Shown in pieces: positions 26,410 through 37,812 of a stretch of DNA of 64,000 nucleotides. The translations under genes and the position numbers were made by a program. The notes below the pieces were generated by a model. That model made no database searches and was not told the origin of the DNA. It saw nothing but the letters and a program-made list of their open reading frames with translations. Position 1 is the stretch's first letter. Every line of letters starts with the position of its first letter. Where the stretch lies: the NCBI GenBank assembly GCA_001643675.2, contig LSRY02000026.1, forward strand, positions 62,001 to 126,000, written 5' to 3'. The stretch comes from Monocercomonoides exilis PA203 (taxonomy: Eukaryota > Protista > Preaxostyla).

Positions 26410-29400
26410 TTTCAAAAATGCATTGCACCAAGAAAGCAATGAAAATTCATCATTCGTATTGAATCCGCATTTCATTGGATATTGGAAAATGAAGGAGAAT
26501 AAAAACTCAAATTGGTTTAAAAAAATCTGCTTTCACACTGTTTTTTCTTGTCTTGACATTTTCGATTTGTAATTAAAAAGATAAAAAAAGGATTTGTTTT
26601 TTCTGTTTGTTGTTATGGATTCAATGATCGAAAGACATTTTTTAATCATGAATGAACATTGACAAAATGAAAGAACGTGAATGAACATTTTCTGCAGAAT
26701 AGGATAAACTGTTGGCAAATGGGTATGATACGACCAGTGAAAAATTCATATCATAACGATTTCTTTTTCATATTCCTACCAGATAAATCATAGTACAATG
26801 AAGATATAGTCTATTTTTATCATCAATTATTTTTTAAATAAAGAAATTTATTATTTTTTCAATTTTTGAATTAAGATAAAAAAATTGTTTTCGTATTGAA
26901 GCCCTAATATCTTTTTTAATGTTGTTAAAAATTTAATTTCTTTAATGGTTAACCCTAATTCATAAAGTTCTCTCGTAAAAATTAGTTAATTGGTAAAAAA
27001 AACCTAAAAAAAAACATAAATAAATTAAATGATGGGCTTGATCAAAGTTTTTTATCTTATTCAGATTGATAATTATGGAAGATAATTTAATTTTTTAAAA
27101 GAATTTAACGACTGACCTTAATAAATGAGTACGTTAAGCTCGGTATCTATACAGTTTTTGATATTTTCAAGAAAAAAATCATTGCTGGCCGCATAATCCC
27201 CCTTTGCCAAATTGTTTTGCATGGTCACAGCAGACAATGATGGAGACGCAATATTTTTGATATTATGTCTGATGATTTTTGGTTATTGGATGGCCAAGGG
27301 GAATGCAACAATTTTATCAATAACACAAAAATGATATTGTATGTAATTTATATTGTTCTGTTGATTGCGAAGATATTTCCATCTGTATCCTTTCGAAAGT
27401 GCAGGAATATGAGTTATTGTTAAAATGGCCAATCTCCGCTTTGGAGAGCAATATGATGAGAACGGAGCAGATAATTATATAGCCATTGGGAAATAAAAGA
27501 ATGGATGCAATTATCGTGCTTTTCTTTAATTTAACTTGTAACGAGAAATAAAAAGAAATTCAGCGAACTGTTTGTGAAATAAAGATATAAAGAAAAGAAT
27601 TTCTGAAAATATGCATGGATTGACTGGACTGAAGAACTTGACAAAATACGAAATGATAGCAGGAGAATATGTCAAATAAGTGATTGAAGACAAAGATCCA
27701 ATGTTTGAATTACTAGTTAATCTTTCATTATTCAGAAAAGCATTGTTTGGAGAAAAGCAATGAAGGCCGACGCATACAGAAAAGGAGTTGATCCCAAAAG
27801 TGAGATGAGACAAAAAAGTCAAAAGAAACACATATAATATTTCTTATGGTGCTGCTGAACGTCTGACGACTGAAGCCATTTTCTTTCTGTGAAAATGAGA
27901 TTGGAAGAGGGAAATATTGCAAAGTCAACTTTCCCACGAGATGCGTTCGAGAAATAAATCAACTAGATTATTCCTCTGCACACGATTACGGAAATATGAT
28001 TTTGAAGGAAAGTGATTTTTCTCGAATCCAACTTCAGTTGCGTCAGAATGAAGAGAGCGACAAATATTTCGAATTATGCTCAGGGGACTCTTTTGTGTTG
28101 TTGTGAACAGCCATTGGAAAGTCCAGATGTTTTCCATTGATCTTCAAGGCCTTCAGCCAGGCACGATTTCAAATGAGCATTCAAAGAGAATCTTTCTGTT
28201 ATCAACATCGCTTTGTGATGAAAGGTCACCTTTGCCTGCGAATTCATGACTCAATTCAATCATCATTTCGATAACCTGTCCATCAACATCGTCTTCTCCT
28301 TCAACTGTCATTTCATTCAATCTTAATCATCACAGAGCTGTTTGCGGAAATATTTCATCATTTCCTTTATTTTATTTCTTCATCTTCTTCACCTTTTTCT
28401 TCTTCTTCTTTATCTTCTATTGCTTTTTGTTCGTCAATCAAAACAGAAATATTGATGAATGAAAGTGAAAAGGCAAAGAAAGACGTTTCCTTTGAACATA
28501 TCAACTATATACATCAAAGCTGATGGTTCATTGACTTCGCATTCTTAATTTCATTCTCGGCAAGCCAAAATGAAAGGTTTTATATTTTCATGAATGCATT
28601 GCTTTTGCATTGGGCTAGAGAAAAAAGTGGGTTTGGAAGAATAGATTTTTGGAACATTTCATGAATTGAAGAAAAATGGAGAGGAAAAGAACAATTTTGA
28701 GCATTGATAAAGGGAGATCAGTCAAGAAAACAGAATAATGATGAAAAATGATTGATGAATGAAAAAATATTCATTTATGCGAAAGCAAAGCAGCTGAAGA
28801 GGAAACACAACTGAAGAAGAACTTTTGGATGATGAAGTGAGAAAAGAATGTGAGAAAGGTATCTTCTTCATCTCCATCAATTGGAAAAAGCAGAAGAAAA
28901 CAGAATGATGAAAGAAAAAGGAGAAAGAGAAAGAGATGGAATTAAAGAGATGTTTTGAAGAATTGCATTTTGAGATGAAATAGATGAAATGAGAGTCTTT
29001 ATTCAAGATGAAGAGAGAAAAGGAATGAAGAGAAAGGCGAAAGAAGGCAATGAGGAAGAAAAGAATAAAGAAATATGAAAAACTGAACAAAAATGAGAAG
29101 AATGTGAAGAGCAATTAATCATGAATGACTTACTCTGTCATTCTCATTCTGAATTGGAGCATTAAATTAGCCTTTTAAAATGCCATGCTTGCAGTTGTTA
29201 ATGGAACTCACGAAGTTGAAATCTGTATTCTTCAACAAACATTTCTTTATTGATGCTTTTGAGTTCTTCTCAAGAGTTTTCATTTCATTTCTTCTTCTTC
29301 TCTTCTCAAATTCATCGAGAATGCATCGAGAAAGAGAAATAAAAAAGCTAAACAGAAATTTCAAGAGGAAATGACTAAAGAAATGAATGTTCAATCAAAA

Positions 29401-29639
29401 ATGAATCTATTTGAAGAATATGGAATGTGAATATTCGTCCAATGAAGATTCTTGTTGAAAATAATTGAAAAAATTAGAATGGAATTTTCGCTTATGCTTT
29501 TTTTTTTTTTTTTGAAAAGGAAATAAAAACATTTTAAATTTCCATTATTATATTTTTTATACATTTTAAGAAATGAATAAAAAAACAAAAACAATTATGA
29601 ATCACAAAATCAAATGATTAATTTGCTTAAATATTCAAT

Positions 29640-29800
29640 AATAAATAATCATAGCATATTCCACTTACAAGAGATACTTCTCCATTAAGGATCGCTACGA
29701 TATCTTCTTGTCCTTCTTCTTTCATCTTTTCATTTATCTCATTTTTTATTGTCTTTCTTCGATCCTTCTGCCAATTCTTGCTTTGCTGTGTCTCTCTATT
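29640..29800 (-). pseudogene. Relic 3' end of the same helical family
   Basis: The minus strand reads EINEKMKEEGQEDIV, similar to the family C-terminal EIFERMEEEGYEDTI. Confidence 0.4.
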
Positions 29801-29944
29801 GTTTGAAAATTTTGATTGAAAACAGAAAATATGTTTAAAAAAGAAATATTTGAATTAAAATTGAAATAATATTTTTTGAGGAATAAACTCAAACGTGCAT
29901 TTTCTTTGTTTTCTTTCCATAATAAAAGTGCATAAGCACCTTAA

Positions 29945-31369
29945 GGCATAAGTGAAAAAAAACACCTTCTTCAGTTTTGCGATTTTTTCCATTTCAACAA
30001 AACAGTAATGAATAACATAAAAAAATGACACTTTTGGGTGGAGCAGTTTTTTGGTACATTAACATAATTTTCATCACATAATTTCTTTTGATCAATCCCA
30101 TACCAAAATGTTTAGATTCACTTTTTAAGTGTTTCGTGCAAATGAAGATGAACTGAAGATTGAAAGTTGCAAAAAACTATGCAAATTTTATTGTAACGTG
30201 AATGAAGTTTGAATTTGTACTGTTTTTATCTCTTTTTCTATGTATTCTTTTTGTTTTTTAACTTTCTTTGATGTGGCAGTCGCTTTTAAAAATATTCAAA
30301 TAATAATACATGAGTATAATGAGACGCACAGTGAAGAGGCAATTTTAATATTTCTTAAACCAACTGTCATTTGTTTTTCCAAAATCCGTTATTTATATGT
30401 TGTGCTATTTTTTAATGTTGTTATGCTTTCCACAACATATAAATGTATTTGTTCTTGCAAAACTTGAATAATATTATAATTAATATTTTGAAAGAATACG
30501 CTTGTTGTTGCGTTTTTTCTCTTTCAAAATTTTGTATCAAAATATCCTTCGTTATTAATGGATTTCCGAAAAAAGAAAGAACAACGAAAATAATGTCTCT
30601 TTTTTGTTGCTTCATGTCTTAAAAATATAAAAAACGAATGACTTCAATTAGAACGAAAATATTTCACGTTTTCTTTCAGAAGGAAACATCTAAATTAAAA
30701 ATGCAGGTATTCAAAACTTTCAAATATTTAGTAATTCCAAAGTGATTTTTGAAATGTCATTTAAAAAACATATGAATAATTGAAAATTGGTAAACAATCA
30801 ATTTCATCAAAAAAAAAAAAATCTTTCCATCCATCTTTTCAAGCTATTCCATTTTAATTGATTTTCTTTTCTTATCTTTTATTTTATCTTCTTCCTTTCC
30901 TTTTAATCTGGATGAAATTTCTTCAAGAAAAAAAGTCAATAATTGAAATTCCATTTCATCATTTATTATTCGTTGATGAATCAAACCAAAACGAAACAAA
31001 GAGTTGCTCTAAACATCATGAAATATTCTTTCAAAATTCTGTCTCCAGTAGCGCTTCTTGATAAACGAATGATTCTACTTCAAGTAGCTCCGATGTAACA
31101 CTTTCAAATTCCAAAAACATTCGAAGTCGCTTATAAGCTTAAATCGCTCAACTTTCTCAACCAATAGAATTCAGAGAAAGAAAACAAACTTTGAACCTGG
31201 AACATAAAGGTTTCTTTTTAATTTGAATTTTCTCTTCAACATTTTCAGAATAATAAATTAATTTTTCGAAGAAGAAGAAGAAGAAGAAGAAGAAGAAGAA
31301 GAAGAAGAAGAAGAAAGAGAAGGAGGAGAAAGAGAAGGAGAAGAAGAAGAAGATGAAGAAGAAGATGAA

Positions 31370-31420
<51 letters not shown>

Positions 31421-32875
31421 ACGGAAGAAGAAGAAGGTGATAATGATGCTGATGCTGGTGATAATGAGGAATAAGGAAATGCATCTGTTGGATAAAACGT
31501 CTTTGAATTCAATCCAAACTTCACAGAAGGAAGTTCGATTGTATTTGATGATGTCATTTCATTCGAAATTAAAGAAGTTGTAGGGGTTGAAGAAGCAAAA
31601 GTTGAAGAAAGAAAAGAAGAATTAATTGAATTCGATGAAAAAGAATTTGGATGACCAGAAGAAATTACTAACTTATCTTCCTTTTTAACATTATCCCATC
31701 TGACAACATCGGCCACCATCAACTTCACAGAATGAATAGCAAAAAGCTTATCTTTTCCGCCTTGTTTGCTTTCTCTTGTCATCTTCTCTGATGCATCACT
31801 CAATGAAATACGATCAACTGCCTTCACTTTCCCATAAGAATCAGAAGAATTATTGGAAACAACTGAAATGCTCCTCAAAACTCGTTTGCCTCCTTTTTTC
31901 TTTGCGGTTTTGGCTTCTTCTTCTCTTCTCATTATTCTTTCTCTTTCTCTTTCTCTTCTCCTTTCCTTGTCTCCATCCTGAATGAAATAGAAGAAGAAGT
32001 CACATCAAACAGAGGCGCATAAAGTGGATGCTCAGAAGCAGCTGTCGGTCTTGGCGGAGGCGGATGAGGAGGGCAAAGAGGAGGAGGGCGAGAAGGAGGA
32101 GTGTTATGAGAGAGAGAAGAGGAGGAGAAGAAGAAGATGAGGAAGAAGAAGGCGAAGAAGAAGAAGAAGAAGAAGAAGAAGAAGAAGAGGAGGAGGAGGA
32201 GGAGGAGGAAGAAGAAGAAGAGAGAATAAACAAAAGGAATCTCTCTATTTCCGTTAGTACTGAGCTGCGGCTGAAACAGAAACACTCGCAAAAGAAAGAA
32301 GATCTGTGCAACTCGGAAAATAGGATAGCCAAGCTTCTTTTGAATGACACTCTCAAAAATATCTTCTGGTCTGGCTCTCTGAAACGATCATCCCATTCTC
32401 TGTATTCCTCTCCCTCGTCCAGCATCTCCCTCATCGATCCATCCAAATTAACTCCATCCAAATTTCAAACATTTTCTTCACTAAACAACTATCGAATATC
32501 ATTAAACATAGCTATTTGAGAATGCATGATTTGAAAGCGACTGCCACATCAAAGAAAGTTAAAAAACAAAAAGAATACATAGAAAAAGAGATAAAAACAG
32601 TACAAATTCAAACTTCATTCACGTTACAATAAAATTTGCATAGTTTTTTGCAACTTTCAATCTTCAGTTCATCTTCATTTGCACGAAACACTTAAAAAGT
32701 GAATCTAAACATTTTGGTATGGGATTGATCAAAAGAAATTATGTGATGAAAATTATGTTAATGTACCAAAAAACTGCTCCACCCAAAAGTGTCATTTTTT
32801 GATGTTATTCATTACTGTTTTGTTGAAATGGAAAAAATCGCAAAACTGAAGAAGGTGTTTTTTTTCACTTATGCC
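29945..32875. mobile_element. Non-autonomous long-TIR DNA element (342-bp TIRs, GG...CC ends, 8-bp TSD) with captured gene fragments; Mutator- or Merlin-like architecture
   Basis: 29945-30286 is the reverse complement of 32534-32875 (one mismatch seen). A perfect direct repeat CACCTTAA lies at 29937-29944 and 32876-32883. The interior has no transposase motif. Confidence 0.92.
30950..32470 (-). pseudogene. Cargo: decayed host coding fragment(s) with poly-Ser tracts
   Basis: Broken minus-strand ORFs 32000-32461, 31932-32291 and 31258-31932 have protein-like segments interrupted by (GAA)/(GAT)/(GAG) tracts and stops. No domain was recognised. Confidence 0.5.
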
Positions 32876-33158
32876 CACCTTAATTATCAAGAAAGTGTTT
32901 CATCAATTCCTTCTCTTTTTGAGAGACGCCACAATCTATGGGTCAGTCGCCACACTTGATCAATGATGTCTGCTTCGCAATTCCCTCCGATTGTTGGACT
33001 TACGCCGTCGGCTGATTCTGCAATGCAGCACAGTGGGGCGCAAAGCCAACTAGGGACCTTGTCACAACCTAACATCTTTTCTTCCTCTTCAATTTTTTCA
33101 CCTTCTTCATCGGAAGGTTTAGCACAGGAGTTGACCCCTTCAGCTGACAGAAATAAAA

Positions 33159-33878
33159 ATGAAAGATGACTTAGACATATCCCAACTTATTTGTCAGGAG
33201 TTTGAGGACATTTTCGGACAAACGCCTAATATTTCAATTTTTGATCTAAGGATTTCCCCAAGATCCGTTCAAGATGTTGTTGAGGAGTACAAGACACAGG
33301 ATTTTAGCCCGTTGTTATCGCTTGAACCGCCCACTGCCAAGAGAACTGAAAACTGGATTAACGATGCATTAGATCAGGCGGGGTACAAGGTGGAGATTTT
33401 TCTTTTCCAGGCGATTAAAGCTGCACTCATAGGTTTAGCCGAGATACCGACTTCAAGTGAAGGTGCAAAACAAAGGCTAGCTGACATCTTGATAATGATT
33501 ACCAGGGCTCTTCAAGAGGCACGAACGGTTCGAATTCAAGGCAGGTTTGGTTTCAGGGCTGCCACAGCGATGAGCACAGACGCTTCTACAGGAATTCTCA
33601 CAGAGAGACAGGAACTGATTCTCAAAGAAACAAGGCATGAAGCCAAGCTAGAGAGAGGCTTCCAGAGACCAGCACTTCCTATTACACGTGTTCAGGCTCC
33701 TGTTAGAGAACAACCAGGAACACTTCAAAGAAGATTCAGTTATCCCATTTCTCACACAAATACACGGTTTTTTCGGAGATACCCCCGGTCCTCAGCCCCC
33801 ACAAGAAGACATCAATTCGGAAGAAGGAGGAACCAGAGCAGTTGGAGCAGGAGACCAGGGGTGCGTCAACAATTTTAG
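33159..33878 (+). CDS. DIRS gag-like ORF1
   Basis: It lies upstream of and overlaps the RT ORF, and has a helical core and an Arg-rich tail. ORF 32963-33169 in another frame may be its frameshifted N-terminus. Confidence 0.7.
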   Translation: MKDDLDISQLICQEFEDIFGQTPNISIFDLRISPRSVQDVVEEYKTQDFSPLLSLEPPTAKRTENWINDALDQAGYKVEIFLFQAIKAALIGLAEIPTSSEGAKQRLADILIMITRALQEARTVRIQGRFGFRAATAMSTDASTGILTERQELILKETRHEAKLERGFQRPALPITRVQAPVREQPGTLQRRFSYPISHTNTRFFRRYPRSSAPTRRHQFGRRRNQSSWSRRPGVRQQF

Positions 33879-35860
33879 GTCCAGTTCACAAGGAAACAGA
33901 GCAGAGGAGGCACATTGGAGGGAGAACCGCTTTGTTTCTCTCAGCATGGAAGCGAATCGGAGGAGAGAAATTGATAAGCAATGGAGTGCAGGCCATGTGG
34001 AAAAGCAAGCAGTCCAGGAAAGCTCTCAGCAGAGCCCAGTTCAGAGATGGAGCGTGTCTTCTCAACCAACAAAAGATCGAGGAATTCAAGAAAATATTAG
34101 AAGAACAGTTACGAACAGGAGTTGTTATCCCAATGGAGCAGAGGGAGGTCAAACACAGAAACAATGTATTTCTCATTCAAAAGAAGTCAGGCAGCTGGAG
34201 ACAGATTCTCGATTGTCGGAAACTAAACGCAGCAGTGAAAAGAACACATTTCAAGTGCGACGGAGAAAAAACAGTAGAACGACTAATAAGACGGAAAGAT
34301 TACGCAGTATCCCTAGACTTGGAACAAGCTTATTATTTAATTCCAGTTTCAAGAAAACTAATTCCCTATCTTACTTTCAGATTCATGGGAAAAGACTACT
34401 CCTTCAAAGGCATGCCTTTCGGCTTTGTAGATACACCGATCCTGTTCACACATATAATGAGGAAGGTGACAGCGGAGATAAGAAGAAGATGGGATGTCAG
34501 AGTCGTTGCCTATTTGGACGATCTTCTTTTTCTGCATCAAGATCAAGAAGTCTTGAAGAAAATAATTCAGGAAATCATCTCGTTTCTAGAAAGCCTTGGC
34601 CTTCTGATAAACAAAAAGAAATGCAACCTCATACCGATTTCGCAGTTCAGTTTCCTGGGATTCGAATGGAACACAACCAGCTTCGATGTGTGTCTAACGA
34701 AGGAAAGAAGAAAGGCAGTGATAGAGCTGTGTCACAAGTGGGAGAGAAGGTGCATAAGAGCCAAGACTGTCAGAGTGAGGGACTTAGCATCATTCGTGGG
34801 AAAGCTCAGTTCTTCACGCTTCGTTCTGCCAGACGCATCTTTGCACCTCCAATCGATCTTCAAATTGTTGCAAAAAGGAGTTTTAACAAACGGATGGGAT
34901 GGAATGATGAGGCTGAATGCTTCAATCCTCCAGCAGATAAAAAGATGGAGATGGACATTGAGGAAGAACCCCAGACGCAGATTAAATCCAGTGTTTATTC
35001 CAGAAGCAGTGCTAACCACAGATGCATCAGAAAGCTCCTGGGGAGCAATCCTCAGACTCAACAGAATGTCACTAGATTGTCACAGTCGTTTTCCATTCGC
35101 GGTGAAAAACCAACCATCCAACTTCAGAGAACTTAAAGCTGTGGAACTTGCACTAACACATTTTGCACCAATCCTAGCAGAGAATCGGATTTCACAGTTG
35201 CAACTTCGTTCAGACAACTCAGCAGTTGTTTTCAACGTGAACAGATGGAATGCAGGAAGGAATCTCCGTCAAACACTCAAAAGGATATGGACATTGAAGG
35301 AGAAACTGAAAATAGTCCTGAGAGCAGTTCATCTCCACGGATTGCGAAACACAAGAGCCGATGCTTTATCCCGCCTGGAAAGAGCAGGAGACTACAGCAT
35401 TGCAGACAGCGAGCTCAAAGAAATCTTGTCTGTTCTTCAAGTTACTCCAACGCTGGACGCCTTTGCAGCTCAACACAACCACAAGGTCGATCGTTGGTGC
35501 GGAATAGGAAGCCCATTGGGAGAAGACGGTCTGGCATATCCATGGAAGAACGAGTGCGTTCTGGCACACCCCCCAGTTCCCCTGATACCAATGACGATTC
35601 GGAAGGCACAGAAGGAGAGAGTACCAGTAGTATTACTCCTGCCGAACTGGAAGGGGTAGAACTGGGATGTGCTATTGGAGAAGACGCCTCATCGGACATT
35701 CGAATGGAGGAGTCTGAGAACAGTGTTGAGAAAGGGTCCATCAATGGCAAGCACAGGTGCATGTCTTCCTCCAGGCCGGTTAAGAGTCATATTGATCAAT
35801 CCACCAGAGTTAAAGGCGAGAGCTGGTGGAGAAGGGCGTTGGAAGAAAGATCTTACTTAG
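33842..35860 (+). CDS. DIRS pol: reverse transcriptase, RNase H and adenine-methyltransferase-like domain (in-frame TAG at 35657-35659)
   Basis: RT motifs are FLIQKKSGSWRQILDCRKLN, LDLEQAY, MPFG, YLDD and FLG. RNase H motifs are TTDAS..WGA, ELKAV, SDN and ADALSR. The MT-like part has LDAFA...DGL..PW..HPP...PNWKG*NW, and the frame continues to 35860. Confidence 0.92.
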
Positions 35861-36960
35861 TTTCATTGGCAGAGGAGTGCATATCGGGAATTGCTCAGTC
35901 AACGTGGGATGGATATTTATTCGGCTTCGCACACTTTGGAGAACAGTGGGAAAAGAGTGATATGGGCATAATTCCAGAGGATATTCACGAGTGGGCAGCT
36001 CGATGTTCCAGTATATTTATTACCCTTAGAGACAATGGAATGAAGCTGTCATGTTTGCAGCTCATCCGCTCAGCAGTTTCATTTTTCACAAGCTTGGTTT
36101 ACAACACAAATTTCGGGGATATTCCGATTATAAAAATATTGCAAAGAGGGTTTAGAATAACAGAGAGGACAAGAAAAAAGAAGGTCCAAGAAATTTGGAA
36201 TCCGAAGACCATTCTGACATTCTTTTCTAATCTTGGAGAAAATCAAAGCTTGAGTTTCAAACATCTGACAATGAAAGCCATTGTGCTCACCATGTTATTC
36301 ACTGCGTGCAGGTTTACAGAGTTGGAAAGAGTAGATATGGAACGATCCAGATTCGAGCAGGAAGGAATATATCTAGACACAAGGCTAAAAACATCGCTTA
36401 ATCGAACAGAGATTGCAGTTCCTTTTTTATATGAAAACCCTTCAATTTGCCCAGCTTCGACCATTCAAGTTTTGTGGGAAGAGATAAAGAAAAGAAAACC
36501 AGATGGAAATAAATTGTTTTTAAATACCGAAACTTTTCATCCTCTTACAGTAAAAGGAATTAGACGATTGGCAAAGGAGACGTTGAAGGAAGCAGGAATT
36601 TCAGGCCATTTCACTCCTTATTCAATAAAGGCTGCTACGCTTTCAACGCTAACGATGTCAGGAATTCCACCAACTCAGATTGCGAAGTTTGCTTGTCTTT
36701 CCCCTAGAACAGACACTTTGGTGAAGCATTATGTGAAGGCCAATCTTGCTTCAACATTGGGGAAAGTGATTGCCTCAACTATGAATGCTCCCAGTGAAGA
36801 GTTAGCAACCAAGCGGTCAGCAGAGGATGGTGGCAAGGGGTGTGTCAGACCAGAAAGAGACCAGAGGAACAATAATGATAGACGAGCAATGGAATCTGGG
36901 ATGGTACTGAGGGACAAGAAGCGCCTGATGAAGCCAGGTTTGAGTGAGGAAAAAGCTTAA
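35245..36960 (+). CDS. DIRS tyrosine recombinase (the YR domain proper starts near 35800)
   Basis: Motifs ACRFTEL (R), RLKT (K), CP, YSIK in place of HxxR, and KHY (nucleophile Tyr). The ORF overlaps pol in a different frame. Confidence 0.85.
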   Translation: MECRKESPSNTQKDMDIEGETENSPESSSSPRIAKHKSRCFIPPGKSRRLQHCRQRAQRNLVCSSSYSNAGRLCSSTQPQGRSLVRNRKPIGRRRSGISMEERVRSGTPPSSPDTNDDSEGTEGESTSSITPAELEGVELGCAIGEDASSDIRMEESENSVEKGSINGKHRCMSSSRPVKSHIDQSTRVKGESWWRRALEERSYLVSLAEECISGIAQSTWDGYLFGFAHFGEQWEKSDMGIIPEDIHEWAARCSSIFITLRDNGMKLSCLQLIRSAVSFFTSLVYNTNFGDIPIIKILQRGFRITERTRKKKVQEIWNPKTILTFFSNLGENQSLSFKHLTMKAIVLTMLFTACRFTELERVDMERSRFEQEGIYLDTRLKTSLNRTEIAVPFLYENPSICPASTIQVLWEEIKKRKPDGNKLFLNTETFHPLTVKGIRRLAKETLKEAGISGHFTPYSIKAATLSTLTMSGIPPTQIAKFACLSPRTDTLVKHYVKANLASTLGKVIASTMNAPSEELATKRSAEDGGKGCVRPERDQRNNNDRRAMESGMVLRDKKRLMKPGLSEEKA

Positions 36961-37812
36961 AATTCTGTTGAATTCCCTTCCAGAGTAGACGAGCCTGATG
37001 AGGAGATGGAGGAACAGAAGTCACTTGGAGAACAATTCATTATTCGAACAAGATCACAAGCAAAAAAAGAGGAAGAGAGCAACAACGCAAAGAAGACGCA
37101 CACTGTGGTAGTAATGATGGCTTCATCATCCAACTAATTGATTCTCTCAAAAAGAGAAGGAATTGATTCTCCACTTTCTTTTTTAAGCAATATCTTATCT
37201 TCATCAAACTTTTTATTACAAGAGTGAGCAAAATGATGTTTATTGTTCTCTATCGAATTCAAAATAATGAAACGACAAAGACAAGTGATGATTGTTGATT
37301 TCCTTATGTGCAATCATTCCATCTGCATCCGTTCGAAGCTTCTCTCTTCTATTTAGCATGTGGAATGGAATGGAACATGGAACCCGAACAGATTTTCATC
37401 AACAAATGTTTGATCGATTTTCACAAACATATTCGAATATTCGCAAGCTGTTCATTTTCATTGAAGTGGAGGGAGGGTGAAGTGAAGATTGCAATAATAC
37501 AATTTCAACTCTCATTCATTTCTTTGTCTTTTGAGGCATCGCTTGTGAATTAATAAGTGTTGCGGTTCACCTGCAGTTATTCTTCACACTTTATATGTTG
37601 TGCATCACTTATGTCTGGAAGCTATTCAAGCTCGTTACCGTTCAATCCTTTTCTGGCAACTCTCAGATTGCACACATTTTGAAGATTCAATCCAATTACA
37701 TAACTCGGAATTCAGAAAATGAAATGAGTCGATAAAAGGAACAATAAATAAACATTGATTGAGTACTTTTCTTTGCCTTTGCAGTTTTCTATTATGCAAC
37801 ACAAAAACGTTG

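Larger units (their letters stand above)
32884..37218 (+). mobile_element. DIRS-like tyrosine-recombinase retrotransposon, near full length with several lesions
   Basis: The ORF order is gag-like, RT-RNaseH-methyltransferase, YR. Inverted terminal repeats are exact over 25 bp (32902-32926 vs 37143-37167) and a further 9 bp (32889-32897 vs 37172-37180), with weaker extension to ~29920 and ~37218. Confidence 0.9.

Noticed and set aside
35245-36960. Prophage or bacterial integrase and retron-like system
   Set aside because: Gag, RT-RNaseH-MT order, overlapping frames and inverted termini match a eukaryotic DIRS element, and no phage genes are present.
37606-37616. tcacttatgtc resembling the 342-bp TIR end (tcacttatgcc), as if the DIRS were inside a larger composite
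   Set aside because: The match is only ~10 bp with no extension or TSD, and the element already has a TSD-validated end at 32875.
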